Assembly: GCF_006345805.1 (NCBI RefSeq)
Contig: NC_042997.1
Span: forward strand, 73,904,001 to 73,968,000
Direction: 5' to 3'
From: Octopus sinensis
Lineage: Eukaryota
DNA length: 64,000 nt
Below the pieces are notes generated by a model, which saw only the letters and a list, made by a program, of their open reading frames with translations, did no database searches and was not told where the DNA came from. Shown one piece after another: positions 55,869-64,000 of the stretch; positions within the stretch are counted from its first letter, which is position 1; each line of letters opens with the position of its first letter. A program made the position numbers and the translations under genes.

Positions 55869-57829
55869 ATGAGGGAATAATTATACATATATTATATATA
55901 TATATCCATTAAGTTTAGCTTGAACAAAACCCTCATAATGCACTCTTAAAAGCTTCTATACTTCCTGCGAGCCTGAAGAAGAATTCACACTAGCAATAGA
56001 GCAAAAAAATGCATTCAAATTATTGAGAGTAATCTTAAATAATATCATATGAATATAAAAAATTGTTACCTAAAGATGGTGTGTGATATAGAAACATATG
56101 TTGTGAAGCATAATTAAATCCTATGAATTTCTTTCCTGGTGTTATTATTGTTATTAAATATATATAAGCATCATCGCCATTTTAACATCCACTTTCTTGC
56201 ATGAAATTTTGGAAGCAAAATTTCTATGGCGAGAAACCCTTCAACCCTCACCAGTTTCCAAACAAGGTAGTATTTCCCTATGCCTGGGCATGCTTTCAGG
56301 AAAGCAGGAAATGGAGGACTACACTTGTTTGTAACTATCTCATGATGTCAAGACAGTGAAATACAAACGTACATACATGCACGCACAAACACACACATGC
56401 ATGCACACACGCACATGCACGCACACACACACACACACACACATAGGGGAATTAGAGAGGTAATTCTGGCAAGGAAATAAATCCTAGAATCAAGAGGTCT
56501 TAAGGTAAACTTAAGATGAATGTTTTAGTATGTAGAAAAAATGGTGGAAAATTCAGGGAGCTACTACTACTGCTAGCAACAAATGTCTTTCCCAAAGAGA
56601 AAAGGGAAGATTGTATGATACTTGTGTTAGAACTACAATGTCACATGGTAGTGAGACATGGGCCTCCAACACAGAGAGCTTGAGAAGAGTGGAAAGAAAG
56701 GAAGCTATCATGCTCTGTTGAATGTGCAATGTTGAGAGAAAAACTGGCCCAAGAGGAACAAAATGTAATATGCAAGAAAGAGGACTGTGCTGATATGGAC
56801 ATGTGATGTGTATGAATCAACAGCTTATAGATAAGAGTTGATTGCTTAATATGGCCAAAATTTGCAGAAGAATGAGACCCAAAAAGACATGGGAAGTGGT
56901 AAAGGCTGACCTCAGGACTCTAAACCTCATGGAGGAGATGACAAAGCACTGGGATATCAGGTGAGATGAGGTTATCAAGAAAACCCACAGACCTCAGTAA
57001 AACTGAGTTCTGTGAGTGCTATGTATATTGTAACAATTAGCACACCCAACTTAAATTGGATGTTGTCTAGATCACCTTTAAACTGTTATTAATGTCCATA
57101 GATACCATATCATGTCGACAGGTGCTCATTAAGCACTCACTATATCAACTAACAAAATGATTATTTGCATCAGCAAATAGCCCTCCAGATGATATCATGT
57201 CGATCAGCAGCAGCAGCAGCCCAGCCTCACACTGAATGCCTAAAGACTGATAGAATAAGTCCTGGGGTTGATCTGTTCAACTAAAGGTGGTGCTCCAGTC
57301 TAGCTGCAGTCAAATGACAATTCACAATATATAAATATGACATTTGCAATTACTGACTATACAAAACAAAAAGGAAATTGACAATCAACCTACCAATAAG
57401 TTAATGAAAAAAATAAACTACTACCTACTAAGAATTATAGAGTTAGCTAATTAAAAGATTAAAAAATTAAAAACTAATATATTATCCACAAAAACGTAAT
57501 CAATATAACAATTCTAAGTTAATAATATTTCAAACGAAAAGAAAAGAAATTCTTTTATTTACAAATGTCTTTAATGTCTTCCTTCAAGTAAAACAGAGTA
57601 GTTCCCTTTCATATAAATGAGTGAAAAATAACTGCATGAAAATTTCTTTCCATCTCACAATATCAGATAAACCTAAATTAAACCTCTAAAAGTTTAAAAT
57701 TAAAAAATTAAAAATTTAAAAACTTAAAACAAAATAAAATCCTATTTTTAAAACTAATAATAATATAAATTAAGATAAAAATTCCTTATATTACATTACA
57801 TTACAAATTAAACCAACTAAGAAATAAAT

Positions 57830-58160
57830 ATGTACCTGGTTCCAGGTTCAGTCCCACTGCATGGACAAGTGTTTTCTATTGTAACCTCAGGCTAACTAAA
57901 GTGTTGTGAGTGGATTTGACAGAAACTGAAAGAAGCCTGTCATACATATAATATATATATATATGTTTATGTGTGTTTGTCCCCCACCACAACCTGACAA
58001 CCAGTGTTTGTTTATGTCCTCGTAATTTAATAGTCCAACAAAAGAGGTTGATAGAATAAGTATCAGCCTTTAAAAAATCAATAGTGGAGTTGATTCATTT
58101 GAGAAAAACTTTTCAAGATGGTGTCCAAGCATGGCTGAAGTCCATCAACTAAAATACATA
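57830..58160 (+). mobile_element. Decayed tRNA-type SINE
   Basis: GGTTCAGTCCCACTG head, GATAGAATAAGTA core, CAAGCATGGC tail. Confidence 0.65.
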
Positions 58161-58216
58161 TATGTGTACAACACTAAATTTCAGAAAAATATTTCCAATA
58201 ATGAAATATTCCTTAC

Positions 58217-58320
58217 CATCACTACTTTCTTGTGGTGTAGCATCATGAGCCTGCCAACCATCATAACCGGAGGGAAGATCAGGTCTATGTAACCAAGATT
58301 CATTCCATACATGGAAATTC
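58217..58320 (-). CDS. Transglutaminase (protein-glutamine gamma-glutamyltransferase), catalytic-core exon with His and Asp of the triad
   Basis: Translates (W)[34 protein letters not shown](G), the hallmark TGase motif. AG acceptor at 58322-58321, GTAAGG donor from 58216; phase 2 in, phase 1 out. Confidence 0.96.
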
Positions 58321-58381
58321 CTTTAGAGAAAAATATATAAAACAAGAAGAAAAATAAGATACAAAGTATGACTTGAAAAGT

Positions 58382-58495
58382 AATATTGTATAGATGATAA
58401 TTTTAGATGGACGAACTTATACAGAGAATCCTTCTTACCACTAAATTCCAAAGGCATGATTACATCCACTATCTGATTTTTAAATATACATACAT

Positions 58496-58541
<46 letters not shown>

Positions 58542-58645
58542 ATTTAAAAATCAGATAGTGGATGTAGTCATGCCTTTGGAATTTAGTGGTAAGAAGGATT
58601 CTCTGTATAAGTTCGTCCATCTAAAATTATTATCTATACAATATT
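58382..58645. repeat. Palindrome centred on a (TA)n tract (~115-bp arms)
   Basis: AATATTGTATAGAT...ATACATACATA matches its reverse complement ending at 58645, with about two mismatches. Confidence 0.92.
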
Positions 58646-59473
58646 TCTAGCATGCGGCAGACTACCTAGCAGTCTTGCCCTGTAAATATACACATGTATT
58701 AGAATTTTCTCTGATTTTTCAGATTTTTTGTATGCTAGACTACTGGTTTTAAATTATTTAAATATTGAAATATATATATATATATTAATACACACACAAA
58801 CTCTTATCTTTCGATTAGACAGTGACTCAACAACAAAAAAGTACGATTTGTTTTTTTACAGTAAATATTTCTATTTTCACTTTTGTTAAATACAATATTT
58901 TAATCATTTAGAAATATTTTTAAGTGAATGTGATTTCAAAAATGCAAGCTGTTTGTACAGTAATTATTTATATTTTAGCTTTCTATAAATAGACAATATT
59001 TTAATGTGCTTTTTTTAATTATTTTCAAGTGAATACCATTAAAAAAATTTTCTTTGCCATATTTATAAAAATATTTTAAAGTGATAATGACTTTAAAAAT
59101 ATGGTAATTATTTTGTAAAAGAACCATTCGTAACCTCGGTGTGAAATACTTTCTTTTCCATAGGTTTTTCGAGTACATTCAACGTAGCTCACCTCCAAAG
59201 ATTTGGCTGTTATTTCTAGCACGCCTTGCTACCACGTAACAGCTATTTGTAATAAAGGACCAGAAATACCTGTTACATGGTAGCAGGGCATGCAAGAAAT
59301 AGCAGCAAATCTTTCCTTTTCTGGGGAAAGGAGTCGTCTACGCGTGATTTTGATGTCACATTCATTGAAAGTATGTGAAATAACCTGGAAAAGAAAAAAC
59401 CCACGAAACAAAACTCCATTGCTGGGTAAGTCAGAGTTTCCAGGTGACCCAATAGGCCATAGGTGGTCTAGTA

Positions 59474-62400
59474 TCAGGTCATCCCATAAATTCTTTCCGA
59501 ATTTTGAATAAAGAAAATAAGTGATCAAATCATCATCATCATCATCATCATCATTTAGCGTCCGTTTTCCATGCTAGCATGGGTTGGACGGTTCAACTGG
59601 GGTCTGGGGAGCCCGAAGGCTGCACCAGGCCAGTCAGATCTGGCAGTGTTTCTACAGCTGGATGCCCTTCCTAACGCCAACCACTCCGAGTGTAGTAGTG
59701 GGTGGGTGATTTTATGTGCCACCGACACAGGTGCCAGACGAGGCTGGCGAAGGCCACGCTCGATGGTGTTTTTATGTGCCACCGACACAGGTGCAGAGAG
59801 GAGGCTGGAGACGGCCACGCTCGGATGGTGTTTTTATGTGCCACCGACACAGGTGCCAGATGAGGCTGGCGGACGGCACGATCGGATGGTGTTTGTTACG
59901 TCCCCAAAGCACGGAGGCCAGTCTATGCGGTACTGGCTACGGCCACGTTCGGATGATTTTCTTGTGTGCCCACGGCACTGGTACCAACAAGATACAAATT
60001 CCATTTATGTTCATCTATTTTGATTTGTTTTGATTTGATTTTGATTTTCACTTGCCTCAACAGGTCTTCACAAGTGTCACAAGAAGGAAGGTATGCACAG
60101 GTGGACTGACTACGTCCCAGGTAGGGGCCACGGTTATGGCCTGATAGTCTTGCCGGGTCTTCGGATGGTGTTTTTATGTGCCACCGACACAGGTGCCAGA
60201 TGAGGCTGGCGAACGGCCACGATCGGATGGTGTTTGTTGCGTGCCCACAGCACGGAGGCCAGTCGATGCGGTACTGGCTACGGCCACGTTCGGATGGTTT
60301 TTGTGTGCCACCGGCACTGGTACCACAAAGATACAAATTCCATTGATGTTCATCTATTTTGATTTGATTTGATTTGATTTGATTTTCACTTGCTCAACAG
60401 GTCTTCACAAGTGTCACAAGAAGGAAGTATGCACAGGTGGACTGACTACGTCCCAAGTAGGGGCCACGGGTATGGCCTGACTAGTCTTGCCGGGTCTTCG
60501 GTTGGTGTTTTTATGTGCCACCGACACAGGTGCCAGATGAGGCTGGCGGACGGCCACGATCGGATGTGTTTGTTATGTGCCCACATCACAGAGGCCAGTC
60601 GATGCGGTACTGGCTACGGCCACGTTCGGATGGTTTTTCTGTGTGCCACCGGTACTGGTACCACAAAGATACAAATTCCATTGATGTTCATCTATTTTGA
60701 TTTGGTTTGATTTGATTTGATTGATTTTGATTTTCACTTGCCTCAACAGGTCTACACAAGTGTCAACACACTTGCCTCAACAGGTCTTCACAAGTGTCAT
60801 AAGTAGGAAGGTATGCACAGGTGGACTGACTAGTCGCCGGGTCTTCGGATGGTGTTTTTATGTGCCACCGACAGGTGCCAGATGTGGCTGGCGAAGGCCA
60901 TGATCGGATGGTTTTCTTGTGTGCCACTGGTACTGGAACCACAAAGATACAAATTCCATTGATGTTCATCTATTTGATTGGTTTGATTTTCACTTGCCTA
61001 AACAGGGTCTTCACAAGTGTCACACGTGTCACAAACTTGCCTCAACAGGTCTCCACAAGTGTCACAACACTTGCCTCTGCCTCAACAGGTCTTCACAAAG
61101 TGTCACACACTTGCCTCTGCCTCAACAGGTCTTCACAGTGTCATAAGAGGGAAGGTATGCACAGGTGGACTGACTACGTCGCCGGGTCTTCGGATGGTTT
61201 TTTATGTGCCACCGACACAGGTGCCAGATGAGGCTGGCGAACGGCCACGATCAGATGGTGTTTGTTGTGCCCACAGCACGGAGGCCAGTCGATGCAGTAC
61301 TGGCTACAGCCACGTTCGGATGGTTTTCTTGTGTGCCACCGGTACTGGAACCACAAAGATACAAATTCCATTGACGTTCCTCTATTTTGATTTGGTTTGA
61401 TTTTCACTTGCCTCAACAGGTCTTCACAAGGGTCACACACTTGCCTCAACAGGTCTCCACAAGTGTCACACACTTGCCTCTGCCTCAACAGGTCTTCACA
61501 AGTGTCACACACTTGCCTCAACAGGTCTTCACAAGTGTCATAAGAGGGAAGGTATGCACAGGTGGACTGACTACGTCGCCGGGTCTTCGGATGGTGTCTT
61601 TATGTGCCCCGGCACAGGTGCCAGATGAGGCTGGCGAACGGCCACGATCGGATGGTGTTGTTGTGCCCACAGCACGGAGGCAGTCGATGCGGTACTGGCT
61701 ACGGCCACGTTTGGGTGGTTTTTCTTGTGTGCCACCGGCACTGGTACCACAAAGAATACAATTCCACTGATGTTCATCTATTTTGATTTGTTTTGATTTG
61801 ATTTGATTTTCACTTGCCTCAACAGGTCTTCATAAGTGTCACAAGAAGAAGGTATGCACAGGACTGACTACGTCCCAGGTAGGGGCCACGGGTTATGGCC
61901 TGACTAGTCTTGCCGGGTCTTCTCACGCACAGCATACTTCCATAGGTCTCGGTCTCTAGACATTTCCTTAGTGAGACCTAAAGTTCGAAGGTCGTGCTTC
62001 ACCACCTCGTCCCAGGTTTTCCTGGGTCTACCTCTTCCACAGGTTCCCTCAACTGCTAGGGTGTAGCACTTTTGCACACAACTATCTTCAGCCTTTCTCG
62101 TCACATGACCATACCAGCGCAGCCGTCTCTCTTGCACGCACAACTGACGCTTCTTAGGTTCAACTTTCTCTCAAGGAACTTACACTCTGACGATTATGAA
62201 CACTGACATTACACATCCATCGTAGCATACTGGCTTCATTTCTTGCGAGCTTACGCATATCCTCAGCAGTCACGGCCCATGTTTCACTACCATGTAGCAT
62301 GGCTGTACGTACACATGCATCATACAGTCTGCCTTTTACTCTGAGCGAGAGGCCTTTTGTCACCAGCAGGGGTAAGAGCTCTCTAAACTTTGCCCAGGCT

Positions 62401-63614
62401 ATTCTTATGTTATATATAATTGAAATTTAATCACTAATGTACTTTCCCTGATTATCTATGACTTCCTTCCATCTATTTACAAGCTTTTTAATCCCATCAA
62501 TGTAAAACTCTTTTGGTTTCAAAGCGAAGAACTCTCAAATGTCAGTTTCGACCTCCTCCTGGCTTGTAAAATTTATGTCCCCCAAAATGATTCTGTAAAC
62601 TACAAAACAAATGGTAGTCTGAAGGAACAAGGTCAGGAGAATAAGGTGGATGAGGAATTTTTTTCCAACCAAGCTCTTCGATCTTCTGTGATGTGATCTT
62701 TGCATTGTGGGGTCGTGCATTATTCTGATGAAACATCACTCCTTTTCAATTCACTAAAGCAGATCTTTTTTCTTCAAAGCTTGGTTCAAACACTCTAATT
62801 GCTGACAGTAGATTTGAGCATTGATTGTTGCATTAGGTGGTAACAGTTCAAAGTGAATTTGCAATCCCATCAGATAGAGAGAAGAACCTTTTTTCCATAA
62901 AGTTCCCTTCCCGGTTGTGGTTGAGCTTTTTCCCTTTTACCAAGCCACTGTTTACGATGTTTAACATTTCAATAGAAGATCCATTTTTCATCACCAGTCA
63001 CAAGTCTATCCAAAAAGGGTGAAATGAATTTGTGAGAATGGAGAGAAGAACAGATGTCAACTCAGAATTTACAGTTGCTTTCAGACAATTCATGAGGCAC
63101 CGATTTTCCAAGTTTAGGAACCTTTCCAAGTCGATGAACAGTTGTATGGTTTGAACTAAGTTTTATTGCCAATTCTTCAACTGATAATGCAGGATTTTCT
63201 TCAAGTAATGCCTCAAGGAACTTATCATAAAACTCAACTGGACATCCTGTTCGATCTTCATCTTCAAGGCTGAAATCTCCACTTCTGAATGTTGCAAACC
63301 ATCTTCTGCAAGTTCTTTCATTCAAGCATTCTTTCCCATAAACTGAGTGTATGTTTCGAGTCACTTCGGCTGCAGAGTTTCCATTTTTGTACTCATGAAG
63401 CATTGTGCCTCAAATACTCTTTGGATACTTCCATGTTAGAAAAGGTTTTAATCAAAGAAATTTTAATTTTGCTATTCTGTAAAATAATATTTAATTATTT
63501 TAAATGTAAACAAATGCATAAAAATAATCTTTAATTCCATTATACGTTCTAAAATACTATAAAATTTCATTCAATGTGAAAAAAGGTAAAGTCGGACAGA
63601 ACGTATGAGATGAC

Positions 63615-63618
<4 letters not shown>
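59474..63618 (-). mobile_element. mariner transposon with both TIRs and TA flanks, carrying a nested RTE insertion
   Basis: TA|TCAGGTCATCCCATAAATTCTTTCCG at 59474 pairs with the inverted TA|TCAGGTCATCTCATACGTTCTGTCCG at 63618. Decayed transposase at ~62440-63434 (RRWF.TFRSG, VPHEL, HQNNARPH, HPPYSPDLVPSDY). Confidence 0.85.
59530..62408 (-). mobile_element. 5'-truncated RTE LINE with expanded tandem-repeat 3' UTR
   Basis: AWAKFRELLPLL...LHGSETW...RLRWYGHV...CGRGRPRKTW at 61904-62408; complex repeats at 59700-61910; (GAT)n tail at ~59530. Confidence 0.88.
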
Positions 63619-63645
<27 letters not shown>

Positions 63646-64000
63646 CCTCACACGTGACTGACTGACCGATTGCCGGCCTTTCGTGCTCAGCAGTCGTCGC
63701 GGCAAGACACATTTTTTCTCTCTCTGCCCTAAGGCATTTTTCTAACATGCCAGCTCAAAGTTTACTCATCCTGTCGAAAGACGCCTGTCTGTGACGTCCT
63801 GTTTTTGTTATTATTATTATCATTATTGTTTTTACGTATTTTTGTATTCTTATTCGTGTAACATCGTCTGTTTTTCAGTCCTTGTTTTGTATACATTCGA
63901 GGCTTTCTTCCAAGGAATCTAATGTGCTTGGCTTAGATTTTTCTTTGAGGCTGGCCAGTTCAGAGCAATCTCAAGATTAATCAGCCGAAATTGTGAGGAC

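Noticed and set aside
59193-59384. Exon-like 192-bp segment with good AG and GTGAG sites in a transglutaminase intron
   Set aside because: Stops in all three frames and no transglutaminase similarity; could only be supported by RNA-seq.
59700-61910. CRISPR-like regularly spaced repeats
   Set aside because: The spacers are themselves repeated, there are no cas genes, and the context is a eukaryotic RTE 3' UTR.

Overview
AT-rich, microsatellite-laden animal genomic DNA. The SINE/LINE repertoire points to a coleoid cephalopod, probably Octopus (inference). One host gene is supportable: the 3' part of a transglutaminase on the minus strand. It has seven exons between 58320 and 34508 with GT-AG sites in consistent phase and includes the catalytic His and Asp; the catalytic Cys exon lies beyond the right edge. 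The rest is a dense nest of mobile elements: CR1-type, RTE and Tx1/L1 LINE remnants, a near-intact (TAA)n-targeted Dong/R4 element, a decayed HERO-like element, three Penelope-like elements (PLEs, Naiad-like RT/GIY-YIG), mariner remnants, a Helitron cluster, tRNA-type SINEs, foldback elements and perfect palindromes. The main findings are: (1) minimal type I hammerhead ribozymes with palindromic stem III and unusually long stem II in the PLE terminal repeats, including an inversion junction that falls on the ribozyme core; (2) a PLE GIY-YIG motif split by a long in-frame low-complexity insert; (3) a SINE-Dong-SINE array joined by (TAA)n; (4) chimeric head-to-tail Helitrons; (5) long intronic hairpins in the transglutaminase pre-mRNA. 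All structures were derived by eye; no searches or folding programs were run.
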